Assembly: GCA_024276305.1 (NCBI GenBank)
Contig: JAJRXK010000019.1
Span: forward strand, 43,294-107,293
Direction: 5' to 3'
Length of the DNA stretch: 64,000 nucleotides
From: Candidatus Krumholzibacteriota bacterium
GTDB taxonomy: Bacteria; Krumholzibacteriota; Krumholzibacteriia; JAJRXK01
Positions 1-10,513 of the stretch are shown here, one piece after another. The notes under the pieces were generated by a model, which made no database searches, was not told where the DNA came from, and worked only from the letters and a program-made list of their open reading frames with translations. Made by a program: the position numbers and the translations under genes. Positions within the stretch are counted from its first letter, which is position 1. Every line of letters starts with the position of its first letter.

Positions 1-275
1 CGCGATGACGCCTTCCATGAAGGCTTCGACTGCAGCGGACATCTCCCATTCCTCCCTATCGGTGACCGGGAACCCCTCCCGGGGTCGATCCGTGAATCCA
101 GGATCGGATTCGTGGATCTCCAGCAAGAATGCGGGGGGATCCCCCGCGACCGTCGGTAGTTTAAGGAGGGACTGCCAGGAGTCCAACAATCGATTCTGTG
201 AGTATCGGGGGGTGGACCCACGCCGCCGCCTGTGGCAGGCTCCTCCCCCCGCTCAGCCCTTCGACAGGAGATCGA

Positions 276-1006
276 ATGAGTCGAACCCATCTTCGCCGGG
301 GCCGATGGCTCTGGATCGTGGTCTTGGTGGTCGGCTTCGGCGCTCGGACCGCAACGGCAGAGGCCGAGGAGACGAGCGCGGTGGTCCTGGAAGCGGGATT
401 CATCTGTACTCAAGGGGTGTTCACACCGAACTCACCGCACCCTGGGACGTCTTCGAGCACACGCGGTACCGGGATCCGAAGAACTACATCCGATGTTCCT
501 TGGTCACCGAGGATGGTGGTCCACTGATCACGGCCGAGGGCCTTCGCATGGGTGCAGACTACTCTTTTGCCGACTGTCCGGAGCTCGACATCGTGGTCAT
601 CCCGAGCAGTGAGGGGAGCAAGGACGCCGATCTGGGCAACGAGGTCTTCCTCTCATTCCTCCGAGCCCGGATCGACCGAGCGCAATGGGTGGTCACTCTC
701 TGCGACGGGGCCTTTCCCCTGGCTGCGACGGGGAGCTTGGACGGCCGGGTCGCCACGACCTTCCCCGGAGATCGGGACCTCCTGGCCGAGACCTTTTCCC
801 GGGTCGACGTCCGCCATGACCTGCGCTTCGTGGTGGACGGCAAGTTCATCACTTCGACCGGTGGTGCGCCGAGCTTCGAGCCGGCCTTCTATCTCGTCGA
901 CCGTCTCTTCGGCCGCGAACATGCCCTTCGGACCGCTCAGGGGCTGGTATTCCCCTGGTCGACGGCCGAGATTCCCCATCTGGTCGTCCCCCCCCGTTCT
1001 CGTTGA
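276..1006 (+). CDS. DJ-1/PfpI (class-I glutamine amidotransferase-like) family protein, apparently frame-disrupted near the 5' end. A signal-peptide-encoding start lies in the +1 frame; the intact in-frame alternative start is ATG 305.
   Basis: Frame of ORF 5..1006 carries DJ-1/PfpI motifs (IHLYSRGVHTELTAPWDVFEH...CDGAFPLAATGSLDGRVATTFPG). Frame of ORF 198..527 starts with ATG 276 behind an AGGAG RBS and encodes a textbook signal peptide (MSRTHLRRGRWLWIVVLVVGFGARTATAEA) but reads into nonsense. The two frames must be joined around nt 360-400 to give a secreted DJ-1 protein. Alternatively ATG 305 gives an intact cytoplasmic form with an R/G-rich N-terminus. Confidence 0.55.
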
Positions 1007-1078
1007 GGCTCCTTCGGAGGGCGATTCGGCTATACTCCCTTCACCCCCTTCCCAGTCCTCCCCCTATGGATTCCCATC

Positions 1079-2374
1079 GTGAACCAGACCCTCCGTAGCC
1101 TGGCTCTGGCCCTGGCCCTGGCGCTGCCGAATCTCCCGGTCTCTGCTGCGGCCCTCACTCGCTGGGTGCCGGGCGAATACTCCACCGTGGCCGCGGCGCT
1201 CTCCGTCTCCGTCGGGGGCGACAGCGTGGTCGTCGCGCCCGGAATCTATGCGCCGAGTACCAATGGAGAGACCTTCCCCCTGATCCTTCCCCCGGGGGTG
1301 GTCTTGGTGGGGGCGGGCCTCGACCAGAGTATTCTCGATGCCGAAGACAGTGGCGGGGTCCTGCGTTTCGAGAGCGGTTCCGCGGTGGTGCGGGGGTTCC
1401 GCATCACGGGAGGCAACGCCGACCGAGGGGGGGGCGCGCAGATTCTCGGGGGCAGTCCGGAGATCAGCCGCTGTCTGTTTCTCCGTAATCGCGCTCTGCG
1501 CCGCGGCTCCGGGATCAATGTCCAAGGAACGGCGGCCCCCTGGATCCATCACAACGTGGTTTGGGAATCCTTCGACGCCCAGCTCTCGCATCCGGGAGAT
1601 CCGCATGGGATCCAATTGGGGGAAAGTGCGACTGGGGTGGTCGAGCACAACTTGATCGGACGGGGAGACAGCAACGGACTGTTGGTGGGAGAGAGCGCAG
1701 CGGTGGTGATTCGGCACAACATCTTTTTCGAGAATGGGATCGATGGAGTGCGAGGTCGTGGAATCTGCAACCTCGGAGACCCCTCCACCGTGGTGTCCTA
1801 CAATCTCTTCTATGGCAACTCCATCGCGGCCATGGTGATTCGGGATCCCGCCGGAGGCTTCGCGGATCTGAGCGGAGCGGCCGCCAGCGATTTCGATGCC
1901 ACGGACTCGATCTATGCCAATTTCGATGGGGACCCCCGGCTGGTCTCACCTGGCCTGCTCCTCTTCCAGTTGCAGGGAGACAGCCCGGCCATCGATGCTG
2001 GAGATCCCACTCTGCCCGGCGACCCCGACGGCAGCATCGCCGATCTCGGTCCCTACTACTATCCACGCATGGTGAGTGCTTCCCCGGTTTCGCGGGCGGC
2101 TCTGAGTCTGGCCCCCAATGTCCCCAATCCATTCAATCCGCGGACGGAATTGCGATTCGAAGTGAGAGAGGCAGGGGAGATCACTCTCGACATCCTGGAC
2201 GCGCGGGGACGTCGGGTGCGGAGGGTCGTTCGGGCTCACTTCGAGGCCGGAGAGAATCGTCTGCAGTGGGATGGTCGGGACGGACGAGGACGGGCGGTGC
2301 CATCCGGGGCCTACGCGGTACGACTCTGGAGCCGAGCAGGAGTGGCAACCCGGTGGATCACATTGGTGCGTTGA
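1079..2374 (+). CDS. Secreted right-handed beta-helix (pectate-lyase-fold) repeat protein with a C-terminal FlgD-Ig/T9SS-type sorting domain.
   Basis: N-terminal signal peptide (LALALALALPNLPVSAAA). Repeated NxxG beta-helix turns (GFRITGGNADRGGGAQILGGSPEISRC, HNLIGRG, HNIFFENG). C-terminus NVPNPFNPRTELRFEV...ILDARGRRV...WDGRDGRGRAVPSGAY. GTG start with a weak RBS. Confidence 0.7.
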   Translation: MNQTLRSLALALALALPNLPVSAAALTRWVPGEYSTVAAALSVSVGGDSVVVAPGIYAPSTNGETFPLILPPGVVLVGAGLDQSILDAEDSGGVLRFESGSAVVRGFRITGGNADRGGGAQILGGSPEISRCLFLRNRALRRGSGINVQGTAAPWIHHNVVWESFDAQLSHPGDPHGIQLGESATGVVEHNLIGRGDSNGLLVGESAAVVIRHNIFFENGIDGVRGRGICNLGDPSTVVSYNLFYGNSIAAMVIRDPAGGFADLSGAAASDFDATDSIYANFDGDPRLVSPGLLLFQLQGDSPAIDAGDPTLPGDPDGSIADLGPYYYPRMVSASPVSRAALSLAPNVPNPFNPRTELRFEVREAGEITLDILDARGRRVRRVVRAHFEAGENRLQWDGRDGRGRAVPSGAYAVRLWSRAGVATRWITLVR

Positions 2375-2436
2375 CCGCCCCTCGAGTTGGGAGTTGACTC
2401 CTTCCTGCCGACGAGAGTGATCACCTCGAACCACGG

Positions 2437-3633
2437 ATGGGCGGACCCATGGGCCGGATGACTTCAGTCATGGTGCGAAAAGGATCGAAGAGGACGGTCG
2501 TCCTCATCGCTCTCGCCGTGGGCCTCTCGAGTTGTGTCAGTCGGCTCGCTTCGGGCCCGTGGCCCTCGAGCAGCGACCGCGAAGTCGTCGGTTTGGACCA
2601 TCCTTCGTGGGAGACTCATCTCGCGAGTCTTCTCCCCTTTGCCGACCATCGGGTGGTCTTCTTCGGAGACCAACGCGCGTTGGCGGACGGCGAGTGGCAG
2701 GCCATGATCGAGGCGATCGTCGAACGGGAGGGGCGAATGGAGGCGTTGAGCCCCTTGATCGGGATCATCGACTCGGGAGACATCGTCTTCGACGGGAATC
2801 ATCGCGATCAGTTTCACATGCTGGCGGAGATTCTGGCTCCCCTGCGCCCGTGGCCCTACTTGGTGGGAGTCGGAAACCACGAGGTCCATGCCAATCGAGG
2901 AGCGAAGGCCCGCAGAAATGTTGTCGATTTCCTGGGCCCCTCGATCGGTCCCGAGTTCAGGGTCGACCGACTCTACTATCGCAAGGACGCGCCGGGGCAT
3001 CACCTCATCTTTCTCGACACCAACGATCTCGTCTACGGAGCGGACGGATCCAGAAGTCGCCGGATGGACCTCGACGACCGCGGCAGAGCGCAGATGCAGT
3101 GGCTGGTCCGAGAACTCGGATCCATCGACGAGGAGGAGTGGACCACAGTCATCCTGCACCATCCCTTTCTGACCTCGAGCACCAAGCACGAGGGCCACGC
3201 GCAGAAGGTATGGAGTCTGCGCTTCGAGGGACTGACCCTCCCTCAGATCCTGGCCGAAGGTGGGGTGGATCTGGTGCTCGCTGGCCATACCCACACCTAC
3301 GAGAGGTTCCACCTCCAGACGCGCACCGGCGCAGGATTCGACCTCATCAATGTATCGGGTCGTCCCCGGGGAGAATTCCTGGGAATTGGCAAGGGCGGAC
3401 GCCGGGCTCGACGCATCGCGGGAGAAGAGATCGCGGACCTGAAGCGCCGAGGTTGGAAGGACCTCGAGGGGTGGCGGATCGAACAGCTCGACGCCATGGT
3501 CGACGCCGAGGCGGACCAATGGGTAGAATTGAGGATCGCATCCGCAGACTCGGTGGTGGGGGAGGTCTTCTTCCTCAGAGATGGCCGAAGCGCCGTCAGC
3601 GGCGGATCCTTCATCCTTGGTGGCGCGGACTAG
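2437..3633 (+). CDS. Calcineurin-like metallophosphoesterase lipoprotein (purple-acid-phosphatase-like).
   Basis: Lipobox VGLSSC after MVRKGSKRTVVLIALA. Metallophosphoesterase motifs GDxxF/GDIVFDGNH, VGNHEV, GHTHTYER. Start ambiguous (ATG 2437/2449/2470); TAG stop. Confidence 0.75.
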   Translation: MGGPMGRMTSVMVRKGSKRTVVLIALAVGLSSCVSRLASGPWPSSSDREVVGLDHPSWETHLASLLPFADHRVVFFGDQRALADGEWQAMIEAIVEREGRMEALSPLIGIIDSGDIVFDGNHRDQFHMLAEILAPLRPWPYLVGVGNHEVHANRGAKARRNVVDFLGPSIGPEFRVDRLYYRKDAPGHHLIFLDTNDLVYGADGSRSRRMDLDDRGRAQMQWLVRELGSIDEEEWTTVILHHPFLTSSTKHEGHAQKVWSLRFEGLTLPQILAEGGVDLVLAGHTHTYERFHLQTRTGAGFDLINVSGRPRGEFLGIGKGGRRARRIAGEEIADLKRRGWKDLEGWRIEQLDAMVDAEADQWVELRIASADSVVGEVFFLRDGRSAVSGGSFILGGAD

Positions 3634-3855
3634 TCACGACCGGGAAAGCAGGTCGCTCACCTCTCCCTGAAGCGGGAATCGTCCGGTCTCGGCCTTGTCG
3701 TAGACGATGTCGCCGTCCACTTCGACTTCGAAGATCCCGCCGGAGCCTTCGATCAATTCGACTTCGACGGAGTGGGACTCGAGGATTTCGGCCGCCACCC
3801 GGGAGGCCTCGGGAAGGTAGTTTCAGACTCCGCAGTAGCGAATGACGATACGCAT
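3634..3855 (-). CDS. selW: SelW/Rdx-family selenoprotein (73 aa) with in-frame UGA read as selenocysteine in a CxxU motif.
   Basis: Minus-strand translation MRIVIRYCGV-U(TGA at +3823..3825)-NYLPEASRVAAEILESHSVEVELIEGSGGIFEVEVDGDIVYDKAETGRFPLQGEVSDLLSRS matches the bacterial SelW-like pattern (YCxxUNY...GGxFEVxVDG...GRFP). RBS GAGGGAA lies 5 nt upstream of ATG. A GC-rich stem-loop candidate follows the UGA (CCGAGGCCUCCCGGGUGGCGGCC). The ORF track misses it because of the TGA. Confidence 0.75.
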
Positions 3856-3885
3856 GGTTCCCTCTGGATCGCGGGGGTGGAGGTC

Positions 3886-3915
3886 GAGAAAAAGGGATCA
3901 CCGACTGGCGACCCC
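3886..3915 (-). terminator. Intrinsic terminator after tRNA-fMet (minus strand).
   Basis: Minus-strand GGGGTC-N10-GATCCC stem followed by TTTTTCTC. Confidence 0.45.
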
Positions 3916-3925
3916 TTCTTCGATT

Positions 3926-4002
<77 letters not shown>

Positions 4003-4021
4003 TCAAGTTTGGACGAGCAAC

Positions 4022-4408
4022 CTAATTCCGTCGCGTCTCCTTGTCAAGCCGAGGTGCGTCCTCTGAGGCATCGAGTACGTGGATGACCGTTTCCCCTTTG
4101 CGCTTCATCAGATAGCGCTCCCGAGCGACCTTCTCGAGGAGGGGGCTGGCGGGTCGCTGGATCTCGGTGACCTGCTGCTGAAGCTCGAGGGTGCGGGCTT
4201 GCAACTGGGCTGATTCCTCACGCAGCGCCTGCACGGCGTGCTCCTCCGCGCGCACCCGCAACCAGCCCGTCTCGCCGAAGAACAGGACCCAGATGGCACC
4301 GGTGACTCCGATCGATCCCAGAATCCACCGCGAGAGGTGGTGGCGACGCCGCCGGCCACCCTCGACACGGTAGAAACGCCGATTGGTCTTCGGGGAACGG
4401 CGCGGCAA
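4022..4408 (-). CDS. ftsB: FtsB/DivIC-like septum formation initiator (single TM + coiled coil).
   Basis: TM segment WILGSIGVTGAIWVLFF followed by a coiled coil (LQARTLELQQQVTEIQ). Conserved position immediately downstream of eno. Probable TTG start 2 nt after the eno stop; the upstream part of ORF 4022..4447 overlaps eno. Confidence 0.65.
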   Translation of the reverse strand: MPRRSPKTNRRFYRVEGGRRRRHHLSRWILGSIGVTGAIWVLFFGETGWLRVRAEEHAVQALREESAQLQARTLELQQQVTEIQRPASPLLEKVARERYLMKRKGETVIHVLDASEDAPRLDKETRRN

Positions 4409-4410
4409 GC

Positions 4411-5976
<1,566 letters not shown>

Positions 5977-6119
5977 TCAGAATTCCGTGCAACCCCCCCG
6001 CCGCGCGGGGCGTAGGCCTGGCGTCACCGACGCCTCGCCTCGGGGTGGGCTCGGGCTCAACCGCCAGTGGGCCTCGCAGGGATGTCCCGACCAGGAGTGC
6101 GACGGTGCAGAGTGATTCC

Positions 6120-6686
6120 ATGGTGATCTCCCGGGCCCGCCGGGGAGAGCAAGCGGCATTTGCAGAGCTGCTCTCCCGCTACCGGGCCCCGGTCTTCAAC
6201 CTCTGTCTGAGGATGTTGAAGAACCGTGATGACGCCGAGGACATCGCTCAAGAGGTATTCATCAAGGTCTTCGGCATGCTCGAGCGCTATGACGAACGCT
6301 ACGCATTCCGGAGTTGGTTGTTCAAGATCGCGGCGAACCAGTGCATCGATTTCATCCGAAAGAACCGGGTGAAACTCCTGAGCCTGGATGAGCCGATGAA
6401 GTATCAGGGGGAGGAGATCGAGAGGGAGTTCCCGGACGAGCGCGAGACGCCCGACCAAGAGTTGGAGCGCGAGCAGCTCGGGGAAATCCTGATGGCGATC
6501 GCGAGTGAGCTGCCTCCGCACTATCGATCCATGATCGTGCTGCGGCACCAGGAGCAGCTCAGTTACGACGAGATCGCCGAGATTCTCGATCTGCCGCTGG
6601 GCACGGTCAAGGCACGCATCCACCGGGCGCGCGCAATGATGAAGGAGAAGCTGCGGCGGCGACGCCTGGCTCTCGGCCCTCAGTAG
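6120..6686 (+). CDS. ECF-type RNA polymerase sigma factor (sigma-70 regions 2 and 4), 188 aa.
   Basis: FAELLSRYRAPVFNLCLRMLKNRDDAEDIAQEVFIKVF...FRSWLFKIAANQCIDFIRK...LPPHYRSMIVLRHQEQLSYDEIAEILDLPLGTVKARIHRARAMM. Start at ATG 6120 inside a longer ORF. Confidence 0.88.
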   Translation: MVISRARRGEQAAFAELLSRYRAPVFNLCLRMLKNRDDAEDIAQEVFIKVFGMLERYDERYAFRSWLFKIAANQCIDFIRKNRVKLLSLDEPMKYQGEEIEREFPDERETPDQELEREQLGEILMAIASELPPHYRSMIVLRHQEQLSYDEIAEILDLPLGTVKARIHRARAMMKEKLRRRRLALGPQ

Positions 6687-6812
6687 CTTCGCCCCCAACG
6701 GTCACGACGAGTGGATAAGTACGTCGGGGGATGAACCGCTCGTTGTGGAGGAGGTGGGTGGCCCCAACTTCGGTTCGGGGCCACCGGCCTCCGACAACCC
6801 CGCCCCAGGGCG

Positions 6813-6848
6813 GATTCGTGGCGATTCGGGCTTCGGCGGCCACGAATC
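6813..6848 (+). promoter_or_regulatory. Perfect 10-bp inverted repeat (GATTCGTGGC-N16-GCCACGAATC) in the sigma / anti-sigma intergenic gap.
   Basis: Seen directly in the 209-bp gap between sigma-factor stop (6686) and anti-sigma start (6896). GATTCG occurs three times. Could be an attenuator, processing site or operator. Confidence 0.35.
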
Positions 6849-6895
6849 GCGGTGCCAGAACCGGGTCTCGACGGCCCAGGTCAGGAGATTCAGGC

Positions 6896-7597
6896 ATGGA
6901 CAACCGAGAGAGCCGTGAACGGGGATCGCCCGGTGAAATGCCGCCCGATGCGGAGGCCATCCGCCGGAGCTGGCAGGATTCTCTGCAGGACTATGTCGAC
7001 GGCACTCTGGACGAAAAGAAGGCTCTTCGCCTGCACCTCGATGCGCAGCGAATTGAGGCCCTGCAACGCGATCTCGACGAGATGCGGGAGCTCTTCTCCG
7101 CCCTCGATCGCACTCCGCGGGCGGAGCCGGGGGCCGACTTCGACCAGGCCGTTCTCGAAGGTCTTCCCTACGAATTCTATGCCTCGGCTCCGCGGCGTCC
7201 GCAGCGTGTTCTCATCTTTGCAGACGCGGACGCATCGGCGGTGACCCGGGGGCTGGGATACGGACAACGGCTGTCGATCATCCTCCTGCTCCTCGATCTC
7301 GGAGTTCTCGCTTTCGGTCGCACGATCGTGGCGCGACCCTTCGTCGCGGTCGCAGCGTGGTTGGGTGGGGGAGTCGAAGCTCTGGTCGATTCCACGGCCT
7401 CGTGGGGCTTCCTCCATTCGGTTGCTCTGGCGACGGCCTCGGGATACTCTGCGTTGCAAAGCTTCGTGAGCAGTACTGCCACGGGGCAGGCGTCGATCTG
7501 GATCCCGTTGACCCTGGTGTCGATCGTCGTGACGACCACTCTCCTGGCCCGGGTGCGGCTGCACCGTGAGCAAGCCGAGGTGGGGGCGAGTCGCTGA
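6896..7597 (+). CDS. Membrane-anchored anti-sigma factor (ChrR/RskA-like N-terminal anti-sigma domain, C-terminal TM region).
   Basis: Immediately downstream of the ECF sigma. N-terminus LQDYVDGTLDEKKALRLHLDAQRIEAL resembles the anti-sigma helix motif. Hydrophobic C-terminal half (LSIILLLLDLGVLAF..., IWIPLTLVSIVVTTTLLA). ATG 6896 with AGGAG RBS. Confidence 0.6.
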   Translation: MDNRESRERGSPGEMPPDAEAIRRSWQDSLQDYVDGTLDEKKALRLHLDAQRIEALQRDLDEMRELFSALDRTPRAEPGADFDQAVLEGLPYEFYASAPRRPQRVLIFADADASAVTRGLGYGQRLSIILLLLDLGVLAFGRTIVARPFVAVAAWLGGGVEALVDSTASWGFLHSVALATASGYSALQSFVSSTATGQASIWIPLTLVSIVVTTTLLARVRLHREQAEVGASR

Positions 7598-7664
7598 ATT
7601 CGCCCCGCCTTGCCAGGACTGAATTCGCGGAAGCGTGAGGGGAAAGCATTCGGGTGAGGGCATC

Positions 7665-9275
7665 ATGACGCGGCGGCGCACACTCCTGCGCAACTCGGTG
7701 TTGGGCACCTTCTGGGTGTTGGCACTGTTCTGTGGCCCCGGCATCCTCCAGGCCCAATCGCCTCCCCCGGAGACCCCCCCCACGCCTTCGACGGACGGGC
7801 CTTCGTCCCAGACCAGAAGCCTGTTGCAGGACCTCTACCGCCAGGTCTACGAACTCCAGCTGGAGCTCTCGCGCGTCGATTCCGAGGTGGACCGTCAGCG
7901 ATTGGAAATCGTTCGCTCCGACTTGCTGCGGCGGATCGAGAGTGTTCGCGATCGAGTGGCCAAAATGGAGCGGGATCAGGGCGAGGGAGACGGCGCTGCG
8001 GACTCTTCGGGCTTCGGCGCCATCGCGAGTGAGCTCGAGAAAATGGGGATCGACGCGGATTGGGAGTACCTCGGCAAGATCTTCCAGGACAATGCTCAGA
8101 CCCTTGGACGGAGTCTGACCGAGATCGGTCGGCAGCTCGAGAAGATGAGTGTCGATGTGGACGAAGAGCGGTCGAGGATTCGGATCGATACCGGTCAGGG
8201 AGGCAAGTTCTCCTTCACCGTACCCGAAGACGTCCAGAAGGAAATCCGTCGGGGCATTGCGCAGATGGGAGTGGAGTTGCAGCGAGTCCTCGCGGACAGC
8301 TCGGGCGGGAGTCTACCGGCCGAAGTGCGAGCACTTCTGAACGAGTTTCCCGAGGGGATGAGGCGATCGTGGCGTTTGGAGCGATCCGTCCCGCGGCATG
8401 TGGTCGCCCGCAACGTGTTCAAGTCTTTCGATGACTTCGAAGTCGCGGAGGACGAAATCATCGCTGGGGATCTCATCGTGATCGGTGGCGACGCCTATGT
8501 TGCTGGCGAGGTGCGAGGAAATATCTGGGTGCTCTTTGGCGATGTCCTCGTCGAGGGTCAGGGGGAGGTCGCCAAGGATGCGATCAGCGTTGGCGGTGAG
8601 GTGGTGGTCGAGGATGACGCCAGAGTGATGGGCAGCCGCTTCGACGCCGCGAGTTTCATTCCCGGGATCGGAATCGGATGGATCAGTCCCCATGAGTCTT
8701 CCCACTGGTTGTTGCACACGGTTCGGGTGGGAGTGCTGGCACTCTTGGCCCTGGTGGGTTTCGCTCTGGCCGGAGACCGTATTTCGACCATGGTCGATCA
8801 CAGCTCGAGGGCTCCGGGCCGGGATCTATTGGCCGGCGCGCTCTGGTTCCCGATGGCACTGGGCGCCTTCGTCGTCTCGTCCGTTGGATTGGCCATCTCG
8901 GTCATCGGCATCCCCGTGGTCATCGTATTGGCCGCCGCCTTCGGAACGGTGCTCCTCTTGGCCTATTTCAGCGCCTGTCTCTATCTCGGGCGCCGATTCT
9001 TCGAACTCTTCGCGGACCGGGATGGTCGACCGGACTGGGTCTATGCCCTTCTCGGACTGGGCTTGTTGGAGATGCCTGCGGTGTTGGTTCTCTCTCTCGC
9101 GGCGGCCACCGACGAGACCACCATGGTCGTGGGAGTGCAGGTGGTCGACTACCTGCTGAAGTTCTTGGCCTTGGCTCTGGGCTTCGGTTCTCTGGTCGCC
9201 ACTCGCCTCGGGGGACGGCCCCCGGAGCGGACTCCCGAGGGTTCCGGGGTGCTCCCGGCGCCGTCGGACCTCTGA
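7665..9275 (+). CDS. Hypothetical membrane protein: signal/TM, coiled coil, bactofilin-like (polymer-forming beta-helix) repeats, C-terminal polytopic TM domain.
   Basis: MTRRRTLLRNSVLGTFWVLALFCGPG. Coiled coil (LQDLYRQVYELQLELSRVDSEVDRQRLEI). IIAGDLIVIGGDAYVAGEVRGNIWVLFGDVLVEGQGEVAKDAISVGGEVVVEDDARVMG repeat block. At least 5 hydrophobic helices at the C-terminus. Part of the sigma/anti-sigma operon by position. Confidence 0.6.
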   Translation: MTRRRTLLRNSVLGTFWVLALFCGPGILQAQSPPPETPPTPSTDGPSSQTRSLLQDLYRQVYELQLELSRVDSEVDRQRLEIVRSDLLRRIESVRDRVAKMERDQGEGDGAADSSGFGAIASELEKMGIDADWEYLGKIFQDNAQTLGRSLTEIGRQLEKMSVDVDEERSRIRIDTGQGGKFSFTVPEDVQKEIRRGIAQMGVELQRVLADSSGGSLPAEVRALLNEFPEGMRRSWRLERSVPRHVVARNVFKSFDDFEVAEDEIIAGDLIVIGGDAYVAGEVRGNIWVLFGDVLVEGQGEVAKDAISVGGEVVVEDDARVMGSRFDAASFIPGIGIGWISPHESSHWLLHTVRVGVLALLALVGFALAGDRISTMVDHSSRAPGRDLLAGALWFPMALGAFVVSSVGLAISVIGIPVVIVLAAAFGTVLLLAYFSACLYLGRRFFELFADRDGRPDWVYALLGLGLLEMPAVLVLSLAAATDETTMVVGVQVVDYLLKFLALALGFGSLVATRLGGRPPERTPEGSGVLPAPSDL

Positions 9276-9418
9276 GGCGCTCTGGGCGCATCCTTTCCGA
9301 TTGCACCTCCTTCCTCTCCATCGTGTCCGATGATTCCCCCCCTTTCTGCGGGATCGGCGACCGCGGCCCCTGGCGAGCGGTGGATCTGCTAGGCTTTCGC
9401 GGTGGGGGAATAGCGAAC

Positions 9419-10498
9419 ATGATGACGATGACCAGTACTTACTCTTTTCGAAACAGTCCGCTGCGGCCTCCGGCCCCGGCTCCGGTCCTGACCTTCGTCA
9501 CCACCGGGCTGTGGGTGGTCTGCCTGCTCCTGTTCTCTTCTTCGGAGGGCCGAGCGGCGTTGCGTCCCGAAGTGATCGATGCCTCCTCCCTGACGAAGTC
9601 TGGGACGACGACCCCGGATGGACGGTGGCTGGACTTCGTCTCCCGGGACGGCTACCCCCTTCGGCTGCTCATCTCTCCCGATCCCAGTGACATTCTCAAC
9701 CCCGCGTTCGACGGACAGCTCCATCCGGTTCGGGCGGGGCAGGTGCGGGAGGCCTTGGCCGAGACCCGGGAGCTCGAGGGCGGTCCGACCGAAGTGGTGT
9801 TCTACTGCCTGCCCGGTTTGCCCGAGAAGGTGGGGCGGTCCTTCTCGGTGGGACGAGAGGTCTTTCTCAGCCCGACCTTCGGGCCGGCGGCTCTTCCCCA
9901 GATCGCGGCCACGGTGGTTCACGAGCTGGGGCATGTGGTGCAGCACGATCGCATCCCCTCCCTCGACTCGCGGGCGTGGCGGACCTATCGAGATCTGAGA
10001 GGTCTCGATCCCCAGACCTTCCGTGCGGATGCCGTCCACCGGAACCGGCCGAAGGAAATCTTCGCCGAGGATTTCCGGATGCTCTACGGCGGTGCTCTGG
10101 CCAACTACAGCGGAAGTCACGAGAATCACGACCTCGTCGATCCCGCTCGGGTGGAGGGATTGACCGAATACTTTCACGCTCTCCTCGTCGGTGGCTATTC
10201 CGAAGGACGGCCGGTGGCGGAAGTCAGCAACCATCCCAATCCCTTCAATCCCCAGACCACCATCGAGATTCGTCTGAGGCCGGAGCAAATCGCGGTCGCG
10301 CCGCGGGTGAAAGTGGACATCTACGATCTGCGCGGGCGGCGCGTGCGGAACTTCGATCCAATCCCGGCCGCTTCGGTCATCCTCTTGCCCTGGGACGGGA
10401 GTGACGATCGAGGGCAGAGTGTGGCCTCGGGTCGCTACACCTACCGTGTGCAGGTCGCCAACGAGTCGGTGTTCGGCTCCATGGTGTTGCTGCAGTGA
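9419..10498 (+). CDS. Putative zinc metalloprotease (HExxH) with N-terminal TM anchor and FlgD-Ig/T9SS-type C-terminal sorting domain.
   Basis: VVHELGHVVQHD motif. TM segment VLTFVTTGLWVVCLLLF. C-terminus NHPNPFNPQTTIEIRL...IYDLRGRRVRNF...WDGSDDRGQSVASGRYTYRVQ. ATGATG start with GGGGGAA RBS. Confidence 0.65.
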   Translation: MMTMTSTYSFRNSPLRPPAPAPVLTFVTTGLWVVCLLLFSSSEGRAALRPEVIDASSLTKSGTTTPDGRWLDFVSRDGYPLRLLISPDPSDILNPAFDGQLHPVRAGQVREALAETRELEGGPTEVVFYCLPGLPEKVGRSFSVGREVFLSPTFGPAALPQIAATVVHELGHVVQHDRIPSLDSRAWRTYRDLRGLDPQTFRADAVHRNRPKEIFAEDFRMLYGGALANYSGSHENHDLVDPARVEGLTEYFHALLVGGYSEGRPVAEVSNHPNPFNPQTTIEIRLRPEQIAVAPRVKVDIYDLRGRRVRNFDPIPAASVILLPWDGSDDRGQSVASGRYTYRVQVANESVFGSMVLLQ

Positions 10499-10513
10499 AA
10501 GGGCGATGGGTGT

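Noticed and set aside
5-275. N-terminal 90 codons of ORF 5..1006 (MTPSMKASTAADISH...).
   Set aside because: No family features. The DJ-1 homology starts about nt 390, and a better start/RBS exists at 276 or 305.
6023-6037. TGGCGTcaccgacGC with -24/-12 spacing upstream of the ECF sigma gene.
   Set aside because: The -12 element is poor (ACGC instead of TTGC), and ECF sigma genes are usually autoregulated; weak evidence.
6731-6895. Longer N-terminal extension of the anti-sigma factor (ORF-track start 6731).
   Set aside because: The extension is Arg/Pro-rich with no motif. ATG 6896 has an AGGAG RBS, and the anti-sigma helix motif begins just after it.
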